A stretch of 64,000 nucleotides of DNA from Candidatus Latescibacterota bacterium (GCA_965203355.1 OZ241889.1:2560001-2624000); one strand, 5' to 3'; shown: positions 18,504-29,189, numbered from the stretch's first letter. Numbers and translations: made by a program. The notes: a model not told the origin generated them from the sequence alone.

Positions 18504-20939
18504 ATGATATTGAACAGAGGCTACAAAGTTGTGCTGGCGGTGTGCATTGTCGGTTGGGGCGGCGCCGAGCCGACGGCCGCTAGCTACATCCCTGACATGC
18601 CTTATTTTCACCAGCAGAGCAACCGCATTAACCCGGCCGGCTCCTGCCAGAACACCTGCATCGCTATCGTGCTCAAGTACTACGGAGCCGACGACATTAC
18701 GCCCGACCTGATCTCGGCCAAATGGGGCACGTACGTCGCTCAGACCACGGGTGGCCTCGAAAGGGTTTTTAACGAGGAAGCGGCGCGGCGCGGCCTGAGC
18801 GTCCGCGATCAAGCGACCGAAACCGGACTGCTGCGGGAATTGCACGCGCTGTTGGACGCTGGCCGGCCCGTCATCGTCCACGGCGGCTTTTCCGCTGTCG
18901 GGCACCTAATGGTGCTGGTCGGGTACGACGAGCGTTTTTACTACGCAATGGATCCGGCGGGCCAGTGGACCGAGCGGCTGAACCGGGGCTTTACCCATAC
19001 CAACGATCCGCACATAGGCCGCTACACGCGCTATGGCCGCGCCGCCGTAGAAAACGCCATCGTTTCTCGGGGCTTTATCCGCATGCACCAGATTTATTTT
19101 GCGCCGGGGGCCTTGGCCGCCGAGTGGGAGGGCCACTTTGCCGATTCGGTCGCAGTGGGTGCGGAGGTGGAGTTTGCCGGTGGCATCCGCGTCCGCGGTG
19201 GGTCTGCTGCTGGGGCGCGTCGGCGCGTGTCTGCGGATCTAAGTGCGTTGGGCGGTCCGCCGGACCAAGTGCTGGCCGAAGCCTCGCCGGGGTTTTACCC
19301 TTTGGCCGAGACCCTAGTGGCCGCTGGGCGTGCCGGGCGCAAGTCCGTCGTCTTCCGCGTCCGCCAAGGCGAAGCCTCCATTGAGGTCAAGCGGACGCTA
19401 GTACTGATGCCAGCCGAAAATCAAGTGGTCTTCGATGGCGGAATGGGGGCTGGTTGGCACGTAGGCTTTACCGCTGGTGCGGAGCTTGCGGTGTCAGCCG
19501 GGGGCCCGCTAACTGTGGCGGCGCGCAGCTTCACGGTGGAATGGCGACCTGCCGCGCCCGTAGAACCAGTCGGCTATCGCGCGCTGCGCTTTGCCTTTCA
19601 CCCCGGGGATGCAGTGGCCGGTGTGAACGGGGCGTTTTCCGTGCAACTCAACGAGGATCCGCGCAAGATCGAACCGCTAATCAATGGGTTTTTCCGCGGC
19701 ATTGACATGGCGCGGGCCGATTGGCAGACGGTGGAAGTGCCGCTGTGGGCTTTCGCGCCGCTGGAAGAACCGATTGAGTCCATTCGCTTCTTCGGCAATC
19801 TGCGCGGCGCGTTCTATCTCGACAGCATAGCACTAGTCAGCGCCTTGTTCCCGCGGCCGCGCCTGATGGCCGATTGGCAGAGCGCGTTGCTGGACTCGGC
19901 CATGGCTGGGGCCGAGTTGATCCTACACGAGCGTCTGCGCGTAACCAGCCCGGTGCCCGATGGTGCTGTGCCCGAAGTTTTAGCCGACCTCAGTGCGCTA
20001 GGGGGTGGCTCGGCGGTGGCGCTAGCGCGGATCGGCGCGGGCCGGTACCAACTAACGGGAACGCTTGCTGCCGATGTGCCTAACGGCCTGAAGTCCGTGC
20101 AAATTCACATCCGCCAGCAGACGCCAGACGGGCCGCTAGAGACGACCCTGATAAAGGAGTTGGTGCTGCTGCCGATGGCGGACCAAGTCATTTTTGCCGA
20201 CCAGTACGGTGAGAACTGGACCGAGGGATTTACCTCTAATGTCGAGGTACATGAGCAGGTCTTTGCCGACCTTGGGGCGCAGAGGCTGGCGGCCGAGGCG
20301 TTTACCCTCGAATACAAACCGCTGACTCCTGTGGCGCCGGTAGGGTACCGCGCCTTGCGACTGGCCTTCCATCCCGGCGATGCCAAAGGGGGGCCGCAGC
20401 CTACATTCAATGTGATGGTTAATAAGGATGCGCCGTCGCTGGTCGCGCTGTTTGAAGGGGCTGGCTTGGATTTGGCGCGGAAAGAATGGCAGGCGATAGA
20501 GATTCCGCTGGCGCGTTTCAATCGGCTCGACGGGCCGATTGAATCCATCCGCCTGTTCGGCAACTTGCGCGGCGCGTTCTACCTAGCCGATGTGCGCTTG
20601 GTCGCCGCTAAGACTTCCGCGCCCACGGCGGTGTCGCACCGGCAGCAAGCAATAGGGCCGGAGGCGTTCGCGCTGGCGCAGAACTACCCTAATCCATTTA
20701 ACAGTACCACGGCGATTGGTTTTGCCCTGCCGCAAGCCGGGGCGGTCCAGCTCGCAATTTTTAACGCACTCGGCCAGCGGGTCGCTGTCTTAGCCGAGGG
20801 AACCTATCCGGCCGGCTCCTACACGCTGCGCTGGGATGGAGTAAGAGACGGCGACCGCGCTTTGGCCGCGGGCTTGTATTTCTACCGATTGCAAACCCCT
20901 TGGGGAGGGCAAACGCGCAAACTGCTTTTGCTCAAGTAA
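18504..20939 (+). CDS. Secreted C39-like cysteine peptidase with two repeated modules and a C-terminal sorting domain
   Basis: Signal peptide; Q...[20 protein letters not shown] triad; duplicated [31 protein letters not shown]; QNYPNPFN...KLLLLK. Confidence 0.8.
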   Translation: MILNRGYKVVLAVCIVGWGGAEPTAASYIPDMPYFHQQSNRINPAGSCQNTCIAIVLKYYGADDITPDLISAKWGTYVAQTTGGLERVFNEEAARRGLSVRDQATETGLLRELHALLDAGRPVIVHGGFSAVGHLMVLVGYDERFYYAMDPAGQWTERLNRGFTHTNDPHIGRYTRYGRAAVENAIVSRGFIRMHQIYFAPGALAAEWEGHFADSVAVGAEVEFAGGIRVRGGSAAGARRRVSADLSALGGPPDQVLAEASPGFYPLAETLVAAGRAGRKSVVFRVRQGEASIEVKRTLVLMPAENQVVFDGGMGAGWHVGFTAGAELAVSAGGPLTVAARSFTVEWRPAAPVEPVGYRALRFAFHPGDAVAGVNGAFSVQLNEDPRKIEPLINGFFRGIDMARADWQTVEVPLWAFAPLEEPIESIRFFGNLRGAFYLDSIALVSALFPRPRLMADWQSALLDSAMAGAELILHERLRVTSPVPDGAVPEVLADLSALGGGSAVALARIGAGRYQLTGTLAADVPNGLKSVQIHIRQQTPDGPLETTLIKELVLLPMADQVIFADQYGENWTEGFTSNVEVHEQVFADLGAQRLAAEAFTLEYKPLTPVAPVGYRALRLAFHPGDAKGGPQPTFNVMVNKDAPSLVALFEGAGLDLARKEWQAIEIPLARFNRLDGPIESIRLFGNLRGAFYLADVRLVAAKTSAPTAVSHRQQAIGPEAFALAQNYPNPFNSTTAIGFALPQAGAVQLAIFNALGQRVAVLAEGTYPAGSYTLRWDGVRDGDRALAAGLYFYRLQTPWGGQTRKLLLLK

Positions 20940-20973
20940 AGCTACTATTCACCATCAAACCGAAAGGAACCTC

Positions 20974-22692
20974 ATGTCTAGAGGCATTCGCAACTTCGCG
21001 GTTTTTGCCATCGCGCTGCTCTCGTCGTGGATCATAGGTATCAACGTAGCGCCGACGTGGACGGTGGAGTGGATCGGGTTGGACGCGAAGACGGACAGCG
21101 ACGGCAAGCTATACTATATCTATCGCGAAAAACCGGCCTATTTCGAGGCCGTGCCTATGGCGCAAGCCCAACTCGCCCCGGCCAAAATTCACGGGTCGAG
21201 GACGGCCCCGCCGATCGCGGAAGAATTTGTCTTGGTGGCGGAGACTGGCCGCTACTACAAACTGATAGCCAAGCACCACTGGGGCTATTGGTCGCTTTTG
21301 CCAGCGATCGTGGCCGTGCTGTTGTGCTGGCTGACCAAAGAACCGGTCACTTCGCTATTGAGCGGCATCCTCGCTGGTGCTCTGCTGATGGGCCGCTACG
21401 ACTTCACTGGCGAGGTGCTGATCCCTTCGTTGGCGACCAAAAATGCCGCTGGCGTTTTGCTGCTTTACTTGTGGCTGTTGGGCGGGCTGATGGGGATATG
21501 GTCTCGCACGGGCGCGGCCCAGGCCTTTGCCGAGTTTATGACGGTGCGCTTTGTGCGCGGCCCCAGAAGTGCCAAGTTGGTCGCTTGGCTGCTCGGGGTC
21601 GTCTTTTTCCAAGGCGGCACCGTCAGTACGGTACTGGTCGGCACCACGGTCAAACCGATTGCTGACAACGAAAAAATCAGCCACGAAGAACTGGCGTACG
21701 TGGTGGATTCAACGGCTTCGCCGATTGCGTCCCAGCTTGCGTTCAACGCCTGGCCCGGCTACGTGCAGGCGTTCATTTTTGTCTCTGGCGTCAGCTTCCT
21801 GGCGACTGAAGCGGATCGCCTGGCCTTCTTCTTTCAAAGCGTGCCCTTTTGTTTTTACGCCATCTTTGCCGTCTTGGGCACGTTTCTGCTCAGCATTGAA
21901 AAACCGATCTTTTTGGGCAAGCAACTCAAAGAGGCGATGCATCGCTCGCGCACGACCGGTCAACTCGACGCCCCAGGGGCCGATCCCCTGAGCGCCAAGG
22001 AACTGCAAGGGAGCAACGTCCCCGAAGGCTATACCCCGCATGTCCTCGAATTTTTCTTGCCGCTGGGCACGCTCATCGGCGTTGCCGTTGGCACGTTTGT
22101 CGCCAGCGGATCGCCCAATGTGCAGTGGGCTTTTGGCATTGCGCTGCTGTTGGCTGCGGGCATGGCTTTGGCCAAGGGCATGGCGCTCCGAGATCTGATC
22201 GCTGGTTTTCACGATGGCATCAAGGGCGTGGTGCTCGGCTCGGTCATTTTGCTGCTGGCGATTACCATCGGCGGCATTAGTAAGGAGACGGGCGGCAGCA
22301 TCTTTTTGGTCGAACAGCTCGGCGAGACCATTCCGTATTTTCTCCTGCCGGTCCTGCTTCAGCTTCTGACGATGGCCATTGCCTTTTCCACCGGCACGAG
22401 CTGGGGCACGTATGCGGTGGCCTTCCCGCTGGCGATGCCGCTGGCTTGGGCGGTGGCCGGGGCCAATGGGCTGGCGCATCCAGAGCTTTTTATGACCTTG
22501 TGTTTTGCTGCGGTCATGGACGGCAGCGTGTACGGCGACCAGTGCTCGCCGATTTCAGATACTACCGTGCTTAGTTCCATGTGTACGGGCTGCGACCTGA
22601 TGGATCACGTCAAGACGCAAATTCCGCAGGCGACGCTTGCGGCGGGCGCGGCCGCTGTGTGCTGGACCGTCGCGGCGTTGTTTACCGCCTAG
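20974..22692 (+). CDS. NhaC-family Na+/H+ antiporter-like transporter
   Basis: [45 protein letters not shown]. Confidence 0.88.
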   Translation: MSRGIRNFAVFAIALLSSWIIGINVAPTWTVEWIGLDAKTDSDGKLYYIYREKPAYFEAVPMAQAQLAPAKIHGSRTAPPIAEEFVLVAETGRYYKLIAKHHWGYWSLLPAIVAVLLCWLTKEPVTSLLSGILAGALLMGRYDFTGEVLIPSLATKNAAGVLLLYLWLLGGLMGIWSRTGAAQAFAEFMTVRFVRGPRSAKLVAWLLGVVFFQGGTVSTVLVGTTVKPIADNEKISHEELAYVVDSTASPIASQLAFNAWPGYVQAFIFVSGVSFLATEADRLAFFFQSVPFCFYAIFAVLGTFLLSIEKPIFLGKQLKEAMHRSRTTGQLDAPGADPLSAKELQGSNVPEGYTPHVLEFFLPLGTLIGVAVGTFVASGSPNVQWAFGIALLLAAGMALAKGMALRDLIAGFHDGIKGVVLGSVILLLAITIGGISKETGGSIFLVEQLGETIPYFLLPVLLQLLTMAIAFSTGTSWGTYAVAFPLAMPLAWAVAGANGLAHPELFMTLCFAAVMDGSVYGDQCSPISDTTVLSSMCTGCDLMDHVKTQIPQATLAAGAAAVCWTVAALFTA

Positions 22693-22739
22693 GTTTTCCA
22701 ACTGATAGTTAGACTTGCCGACCTTTCCGCGCGGGACCG

Positions 22740-22772
22740 CAAGAGCCGACGGCCATGGACCGTTGGCTCTTG
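22740..22772. terminator. Stem-loop after the NhaC gene
   Basis: CAAGAGCCGACGG-N7-CCGTTGGCTCTTG followed by TTGTTT. Confidence 0.5.
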
Positions 22773-22850
22773 TTGTTTGGTAATGAGGCGCGACCGCAGT
22801 AACACACCGGGCCACCATGGGTGTTTAAGTAGCACACCGCCAGGGGATAC

Positions 22851-23324
22851 ATGGACGTAGATACACTGTACCGTCGCTACGGACCGATGGTCATGCGTCG
22901 TTGTCGGCAGCTTCTGCGCGACGAAGACCAAGCACTCGACGCCACGCAAGATGTCTTTGTGCGGCTCTTGACGCGGCGCGACCGCCTGCAGGACGACGCG
23001 CCCTCTAGCCTGCTCTATCGCATGGCCACCAATCTCTGCCTCAATCGCATCCGCGATACCCGGCGGCGGAAGACCACGGCCGACTCGACGCTGTTGGAGC
23101 AGATAGCCTGCTGGCAGGACGCCGAGGGCCGGATAGATGCGCGTGCTGCGCTGGCCAAGCTCTTTGGCCAACAGCTCGAATCAACGCGCACGATGGCTGT
23201 CTTATACTACGTGGACGGCATGACCTTGGCCGAGGTAGCCCAGGAAGTGGGCATGTCCGTGTCTGGCGTACGCAAGCGGCTGCTCGGCCTGCGCGCATCG
23301 CTGCAAGAGATGGAGAAGCCATGA
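22851..23324 (+). CDS. ECF RNA polymerase sigma factor
   Basis: ALDATQDVF (region 2), LLYRMATNLCLNRIR, DGMTLAEVAQEVGMSVSGVRKRL (region 4). Confidence 0.92.
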   Translation: MDVDTLYRRYGPMVMRRCRQLLRDEDQALDATQDVFVRLLTRRDRLQDDAPSSLLYRMATNLCLNRIRDTRRRKTTADSTLLEQIACWQDAEGRIDARAALAKLFGQQLESTRTMAVLYYVDGMTLAEVAQEVGMSVSGVRKRLLGLRASLQEMEKP

Positions 23325-24082
23325 ACCAGCAAGACAAGCGCCCCATAAGCGACTACCAGCTAGAGCGCTATCTGCTGCGCGAGGGAACGGACGACGAGTT
23401 GGCGGATTTGGAACGCCGGTTGGCGGACGATCCAGCGCTCGCCCAGCGGCTAGCGGCCCTAGCGCACTCCAACGAGGAATTGCATCGGCGCTACCCACCC
23501 GAGTGGATGCGCGGCCAGATCGAGCTAAAACTCAAGCGGGCGCCGGGTCGGCCCGTCCAGCGAGCTTGGAGTGGGTATCGCCTTTGGGCCGTGCCAGCCG
23601 TGGCCCTGATCCTGGCGGTGGTGGCGGTGCCCACTCTCCTCGATCGAGAAGCCCCGGAAACCCCGGCGACGCGCAGCAAGGGCCGCGAACAGGAGCCGCG
23701 CTTGTTGGTTTTCCGCCAACGGGCCAGCGGGGTGGAACGCCTACAGGACGAAGCATTGGCCCACAGTGGGGACGTGGTACAGCTCGCCTACCGCTCGGGT
23801 GGCTTGCCGTACGGGGCGATCCTATCGGTCGATGGGCGCGGTACTGTAACTCAGCACCTGCCAGCGACTGGCGTGGTGGCCGTGCCGCTGGCGGCGCAAG
23901 ACACCCTCGATGTTGCCTACGAACTGGACGACGCGCCCCGGTGGGAGCGGTTTTATTTGCTGGCGGCGGATCGTCGATTTGGCCTAGCGGCGTTTAAGGC
24001 CAAACTCGCGGCTGGCGATGTGGCGTTGGCCGATGATGTCCGTCTGTTCCGATTTACCGTAAAAAAACCGAGTCAGCCTTAA
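23321..24082 (+). CDS. Putative membrane anti-sigma factor (ActD/DUF4384-like periplasmic domain)
   Basis: ATGA overlap with sigma; N-terminal LERYLL anti-sigma-like helices, one TM segment, then GDVVQLAY...ILSVDGRG...AYELDDAPRWERF. Confidence 0.75.
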   Translation: MNQQDKRPISDYQLERYLLREGTDDELADLERRLADDPALAQRLAALAHSNEELHRRYPPEWMRGQIELKLKRAPGRPVQRAWSGYRLWAVPAVALILAVVAVPTLLDREAPETPATRSKGREQEPRLLVFRQRASGVERLQDEALAHSGDVVQLAYRSGGLPYGAILSVDGRGTVTQHLPATGVVAVPLAAQDTLDVAYELDDAPRWERFYLLAADRRFGLAAFKAKLAAGDVALADDVRLFRFTVKKPSQP

Positions 24083-24096
24083 CCCGGCGAGGAGTT

Positions 24097-26154
24097 GTGC
24101 CCATGTCTTTGGTGCGGGTCCTGCTAGTCGTTATCGCGGCGGGTCTGTCCCAGCCGGTGGCGGCGGAAGTGCGGCGGTTGATCTTGGCGGCGGGCGCTAA
24201 CAACGGTGGGGTGGATCGCGAGTTGCTGCGCTACGCGGTGTCGGACGCGGAACAATTCGTCGAGGTGTTGCAGGAGATGGGGGGACTGGACCCCGCCGAT
24301 GTGTTGCTGTTGCGCGATCCCGACTTGGCGGCCTTTGAGCGCGGGCTGGCCGATCTGGGTCGGCGGGTACAGGCGGCCAGCCGACGGGGCGACCGCTTGG
24401 AGGTGCTGCTGTACTACTCGGGCCACGCCGACGAAGAGGGCCTGCTGTTGGCCGGCGATCACCTCGGGTATCAGCAATTACTCGACTCGCTGAAGACGGC
24501 CAACGCTGCGGTCCGCATCGCCGTCCTCGATGCCTGCAACTCTGGCAGCATAACCCGCATCAAGGGAGGCAAGCCCAAGCCGCCCTTTTTGGTTGATGAA
24601 TCCTTTGACATGCGGGGCTACGCCTTCCTCACGTCGAGTTCAGCCGACGAAGCAGCGCAAGAGTCGGACCTGATCGAAGCGTCCTTTTTTACGCACTATC
24701 TAATTTCCGGGCTGCGCGGCGCCGCCGACGTTACTGGCGATGGCCGGGTGACGCTACACGAGGCGTACCAGTTCGCATTCGACGAGACGCGGGCGCGGAC
24801 GCTTGGCACTGTGGGCGGGACTCAGCACCCAGCCTATGAGGGCCAGATGCGCGGCACGGGCGGCGTGGTGATGACCGAGGTGCGCCGCAACGCGGCCGGC
24901 CTGTTGCTAGACGAGGCACTCGCCGGTCGAGTGTCCATCCACAATGCCCAACAGCGCCTCGTCGCCGAACTAAACAAATCCCCTGGGCGCGCGGTCGAGT
25001 TGGGATTGGTGCCCGGGGCTTATACCCTGTTTTTGGAAACGTGGGACGAGGACTGGCGCTGGGCCGAATTGGTTTTGACCGAGGGCACTTTCGCCGAGGT
25101 GCGCACCAGTGATTTTCGCGCCTTGACCCCAGAGGAAACGAAGCTGCGCGGCGGTTCGGGGCGGCGCATTACCTTGGGACGCCAGATCGAGGTTGCCACC
25201 CACGAGGGATATACGCTGTCGCTGGGGCTGTTGACCAATACGCAGGACGAAGCGTTTCGCGGCATTCAGTTCGCTTGGCTGGTCAACCAAGCGCGCGAGC
25301 GGACCGGCCATCAGATTGGCGGGTTGGGCAACTTGGCACTCAAAGAGATCGATGGCTTGCAGGTATCCGTCGTCGGCGTCAACTGGGCGATGGGGCCATT
25401 GCAGGGCGGACAGGCGGGGCTGCTCAACATTGCTTCGCAAGTGCGCGGCTGGCAGGTGGCGCAAACGACCAACATCGTCGGCAAGATTCGCGGTTGGCAA
25501 CTCGCTGGAGTTACCAATTTTGTCGGCGAGGTCAAGGGCGGTCAGGTCGGATTATTAAACGTGGCGAGCAAGGTCAAGGGGTGGCAGATTGGCGTGGTCA
25601 ACCTTTCCGGCCACATCGAAGGCGGCCTGCCCATCGGATTGATCAACTACTCGCACAGCGGGCTTTTCAATCTCAGCACTTGGCGCGACGAAGTCGGCTT
25701 TACCCTATTCACCATTGCCTCGGGTAGCCGCTCGTTTTACACCGCTTTTACCATGGGCTTTACCGCCGAGGACGACCAGCGGCGCTGGGCGCTCGGCCTC
25801 GGCGGTGGGGTGCAGAAGCGTTGGCAGCGGTTTTTCCTCGGCCTTGATATGCACGCCTACCGGATCAGCCGCGCCCTCAACGACGATTACAGTGCGGGCA
25901 TTGGGTTTTGGCCGCCGGCCGTGAACTTTGACCTCGATCGCTTGGCTAAAGACAACTATCTGGCGCGGGTCAAACTTGAGACCGGGTGTTCTTTGCACGG
26001 CCATCTGGCGCTGTTTGGCGGCGTCTCCCTCAACCAATTGTGGACCGACGGTCACCTGCGGCTGATTGAGTCGAAAAGCCGCTACGAGCAGGAGTGGGAG
26101 GCCGGGCTTTTTGCGTGGCCGGGGTTTTTCTTTGGCCTGCGCTACGGGCGCTAG
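24097..26154 (+). CDS. Exported caspase-family (C14) protease with Gly/Gln/Asn repeats and a probable C-terminal beta-barrel
   Basis: Signal peptide; LRYAVSDA, YYSGHAD (His), LDACNSG (Cys), AQES; GxQxGxxN repeats; terminal WPGFFFGLRY strand. Confidence 0.85.
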   Translation: MPMSLVRVLLVVIAAGLSQPVAAEVRRLILAAGANNGGVDRELLRYAVSDAEQFVEVLQEMGGLDPADVLLLRDPDLAAFERGLADLGRRVQAASRRGDRLEVLLYYSGHADEEGLLLAGDHLGYQQLLDSLKTANAAVRIAVLDACNSGSITRIKGGKPKPPFLVDESFDMRGYAFLTSSSADEAAQESDLIEASFFTHYLISGLRGAADVTGDGRVTLHEAYQFAFDETRARTLGTVGGTQHPAYEGQMRGTGGVVMTEVRRNAAGLLLDEALAGRVSIHNAQQRLVAELNKSPGRAVELGLVPGAYTLFLETWDEDWRWAELVLTEGTFAEVRTSDFRALTPEETKLRGGSGRRITLGRQIEVATHEGYTLSLGLLTNTQDEAFRGIQFAWLVNQARERTGHQIGGLGNLALKEIDGLQVSVVGVNWAMGPLQGGQAGLLNIASQVRGWQVAQTTNIVGKIRGWQLAGVTNFVGEVKGGQVGLLNVASKVKGWQIGVVNLSGHIEGGLPIGLINYSHSGLFNLSTWRDEVGFTLFTIASGSRSFYTAFTMGFTAEDDQRRWALGLGGGVQKRWQRFFLGLDMHAYRISRALNDDYSAGIGFWPPAVNFDLDRLAKDNYLARVKLETGCSLHGHLALFGGVSLNQLWTDGHLRLIESKSRYEQEWEAGLFAWPGFFFGLRYGR

Positions 26155-26167
26155 ACGGAGCGGTAGG

Positions 26168-26392
26168 ATGGCGAGAAAGTGGATGCTCGGCATGGCGTTG
26201 ATCGGTTGCGGGATGAGCGATCCCTACGGGCCAGCCGACCTGCCCGAAGCCCCGTGGCAGCGCACCGAGGAGCAGCGGCTCGAAGCGATTGAGGAAAGTT
26301 GTCGTGGCCTGCCTTGGGAGCGCGGATGGCTCTGTCCGCACGGCGCGGCCGAGGCCGACACGACGAAAGCGCAAGGTGGAAAGGAGTTTTAG
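26168..26392 (+). CDS. Small putative lipoprotein
   Basis: MARKWMLGMALIGC lipobox-like; 14 nt after the caspase stop. Confidence 0.5.
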   Translation: MARKWMLGMALIGCGMSDPYGPADLPEAPWQRTEEQRLEAIEESCRGLPWERGWLCPHGAAEADTTKAQGGKEF

Positions 26393-26393
26393 G

Positions 26394-26685
26394 ATGGAAA
26401 ACCCCATATTACAGGCCGTCGATGCGCAACGCCTACTTGATACGACCAAGAAGCTGATTGCGGTGCCAGTGTCGGGTTGAAGGGACGCGTCGCTGGGTAG
26501 CGGCTGGATCAGAGCCGGACGCACGCCGAGAAATAGAAGACCGGCTCGCCGACTGGAACATGCCCGGCGCCGCCTTTGCGATAGAGCACAACAGCCCGCT
26601 AGTGAGCGCGTTCCAGTCGGCGCACGAGCAGGTGACGGGGGCCGCGCTGCCCATGTCTTTATGGCTGCCGGGATTGAGGCCCTAA
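26394..26685 (+). pseudogene. Internally deleted M20 peptidase remnant
   Basis: MENPILQAVDAQRLLDTTKKLIAVP joined out of frame to CRVEGTRRW...AFAIEHNSPLVSAFQSAHEQVTG; strong SD AAGGAG. Confidence 0.55.
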
Positions 26686-26760
26686 CGCACGGACCTTGCG
26701 CCACAGGGGCGCAGGTGTCGGGGTAGCGAAGGTGTATGCGCTGACGCCGCCGGCGTTTTG

Positions 26761-28041
26761 CTAAGTACCTTCAATGGCGCGTGCGGCGGCCGTGCCTTGC
26801 TCCTCGTCGACGAAGTAGAGCAAGGCTCCGCCCGCCACAAAGAGGATGACGATTGACAAGATGCCCAAGCGCGGGCTGCCGGTCAGCACCCCAATCCAGC
26901 CGACCAGCACCGGGCCGATGACCGCGGCGAACTTGCCCAGCATGTTGTAAAAGCCGAAAAATTCCGCGGCGCGATCGCGGGGAATGAGTCTTGAGTAGAG
27001 CGAGCGGCTCAGGGATTGGACCCCGCCTTGGACTAGGCCGATGGTGACGGCCAAGGCGTAAAATTCCCAGACGGCATCTAAAAAGTAGCCCCAGATCGTC
27101 GCCGCAATATAGACAGCCAAGCCGATGAAAATCCCCTTGCGCGTGCCGATCCGCTCGCCGAGCCAGCCAAAGGCCATGGCCGCGGGGAAGCCCACGAACT
27201 GGGTAATACCTAAAGCGAGGAGCAAGTCGTTGTCGGCAAGGCCCAGCGATAAGCCGTAGTCGATGGCCATGCGGATGATGGTATCGACGCCGTCGATGTA
27301 CAGCCAGTAGCTGATGAGAAAAACAAAGGTCGTGCGCAACTGCCGGATGTCGCGGCCGGTCGCGATGAGCCGTCGATAGCCGGCCAAGACCGCGTTCCAG
27401 CCGCGATGATCGCGCACGGGCGGCGATTCTTCGACCCACAAAAAGAGCGGCAATGAAAAGCCAGCCCACCAGATGGCAACTAGCAAAAAGGACGTGCGCA
27501 CGGCCTCGCTGGCATCGGCCAACCCAAAGGGCGCGGGATGGAGGACCATCACCACATTGAGCGCAAACAGCAAGCCGCCGCCGAGATAGCCGAGACTGTA
27601 TCCGAGCGCCGAGACCGAGTCGGACTTGTCGCGTCCGGCCACCTCCACGAGCAGCGCGTCGTAAAAGGTGTTGCTCCCTGAAAAGCCGATGGCGGCCAAG
27701 ACATAGACCACCACCGCCAACTCCCACGCGCCTTGGCCCACCAGGTAGAGGCACCCGGTGGCGAGGACGCCCAAGAAGGCGAAGGCAAACAGGAACTTGC
27801 GCCGGGTGCCGCCTTGGTCGGCAATAGCCCCTAAGAGCGGTGCTAGCAACACGACGATCAGGCTGCTGAGCGAGTTGGCCAACCCCAGTTGGAAGGTACT
27901 CTCGGTGACGTCGTGGCCGGTGCTCCAGTAGGATTTAAAAAACACCGGGAAGAAGGCGGCGATGACCGTGGTGGCAAAGGCCGAATTGGCCCAGTCGTAC
28001 CAGGCCCAAGCGATGATTGGTTTTTTGGCGTTGAGCGGCAT
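26761..28041 (-). CDS. MFS transporter (UMF1/Atg22-like)
   Basis: WAWYDWANSAFAT, APLLGAIAD, GYSLGYLGG, QSLSRSLYSRLIP. Confidence 0.9.
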   Translation of the reverse strand: MPLNAKKPIIAWAWYDWANSAFATTVIAAFFPVFFKSYWSTGHDVTESTFQLGLANSLSSLIVVLLAPLLGAIADQGGTRRKFLFAFAFLGVLATGCLYLVGQGAWELAVVVYVLAAIGFSGSNTFYDALLVEVAGRDKSDSVSALGYSLGYLGGGLLFALNVVMVLHPAPFGLADASEAVRTSFLLVAIWWAGFSLPLFLWVEESPPVRDHRGWNAVLAGYRRLIATGRDIRQLRTTFVFLISYWLYIDGVDTIIRMAIDYGLSLGLADNDLLLALGITQFVGFPAAMAFGWLGERIGTRKGIFIGLAVYIAATIWGYFLDAVWEFYALAVTIGLVQGGVQSLSRSLYSRLIPRDRAAEFFGFYNMLGKFAAVIGPVLVGWIGVLTGSPRLGILSIVILFVAGGALLYFVDEEQGTAAARAIEGT

Positions 28042-28154
28042 GATATTGATTGGGTGTGAGAAAACCGCGCGCATAACATAAGGCAAAAAGGGCGTGGTTG
28101 CCGCTGGCATCTTTTATGAATAGCCTAGGAAGGCTCTACAAAGGACGATTTCTC

Positions 28155-29174
28155 ATGACCGACAAATGGCTGCGCTTTGACGCGGCGACGAATCCGTATG
28201 GGCCGTCGCCCCAGGTCCGGGAGGCGATGGCTGCCTTTGCCCGCACTGGCGACTTTAGCCGCTACAGCGACGAGGAACGCGCCGAGTCGCTGCGCGAGGA
28301 TTTGGCGGCGCATTGGGGGCTTTCGCCCGATCACTTCATAGTGTACAACGGGTCTGGGGAGGCGGTAGTATGGCTTTTTTTGGCGCGGTTGCTGTTAGAG
28401 CGGCAGGGCTTGCTCATTCCGTTTCCGTCGTACGAGCGCTTTGTGGCGCTGGGGCAGCGGTGCGCGGCCGAAGTGATCGCGGTGCCCTTACACGAGCAGG
28501 ACTTTGCGCTGGTGCCCGAGCGTTTTATCGCCGCGGGTCGGCAGTCGGGGGCGCGCGTGTTGCTGCTGAGCAGCCCCAACAATCCCACGGGCAATCTCCT
28601 ATGCGGCCAAGCGGAACTGGCGCGTTTGCTCGACGAACTGCCCGACTGCCTGTGCATCATCGACGAAGCCTACGCCGATTATGCCGGCCATAGCTGCGTA
28701 CCTTGGGTGCGAGAGCACGCAAACTTGGTGGTACTGCGGACCTTTTCCAAAGCATACGGCATGGCGGGTTTGCGCGTTGGCTACGCCATTGGGCCTAAGC
28801 CGGTTGTCGCGGCGCTCGGTCAGATGCAGGTTCCGTGGGCGGTCAATGCGCTGTCGTTGGTGGCGGCGCAGGCCGCGCTAGCGGACCAGCGCTATTTGCA
28901 GGAAGTCGTCGCTCAGATCCGCAGCGATTGTCAGTCGCTCTATGCAGGGCTAAACGAGCGTCCGTGGTTGCGGGCCTATCCGAGCGCGGCGAATTTCTTT
29001 TGGCTGCGCTGCGAGGGGATTGGGCCGGAGCGGCTGCGGCTGGGTCTGGAGGAGCGCCGGATCCGCGTGCGCTGGCGGCAAGACGCGCCCGGCTTTGTGC
29101 GACTGACCTCGTTGCGTCCCCAAGACAACGAGTATTTATTGACCGCACTCGATGCGATCAGGCCATTAGACTAA
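28155..29174 (+). CDS. Class I/II PLP aminotransferase, histidinol-phosphate aminotransferase-like
   Basis: NPYGPSP, SPNNPTG, IDEAY, RTFSKAYGMAGLRVGY. Confidence 0.85.
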   Translation: MTDKWLRFDAATNPYGPSPQVREAMAAFARTGDFSRYSDEERAESLREDLAAHWGLSPDHFIVYNGSGEAVVWLFLARLLLERQGLLIPFPSYERFVALGQRCAAEVIAVPLHEQDFALVPERFIAAGRQSGARVLLLSSPNNPTGNLLCGQAELARLLDELPDCLCIIDEAYADYAGHSCVPWVREHANLVVLRTFSKAYGMAGLRVGYAIGPKPVVAALGQMQVPWAVNALSLVAAQAALADQRYLQEVVAQIRSDCQSLYAGLNERPWLRAYPSAANFFWLRCEGIGPERLRLGLEERRIRVRWRQDAPGFVRLTSLRPQDNEYLLTALDAIRPLD

Positions 29175-29189
29175 CCCAAGAGGAGCGTT

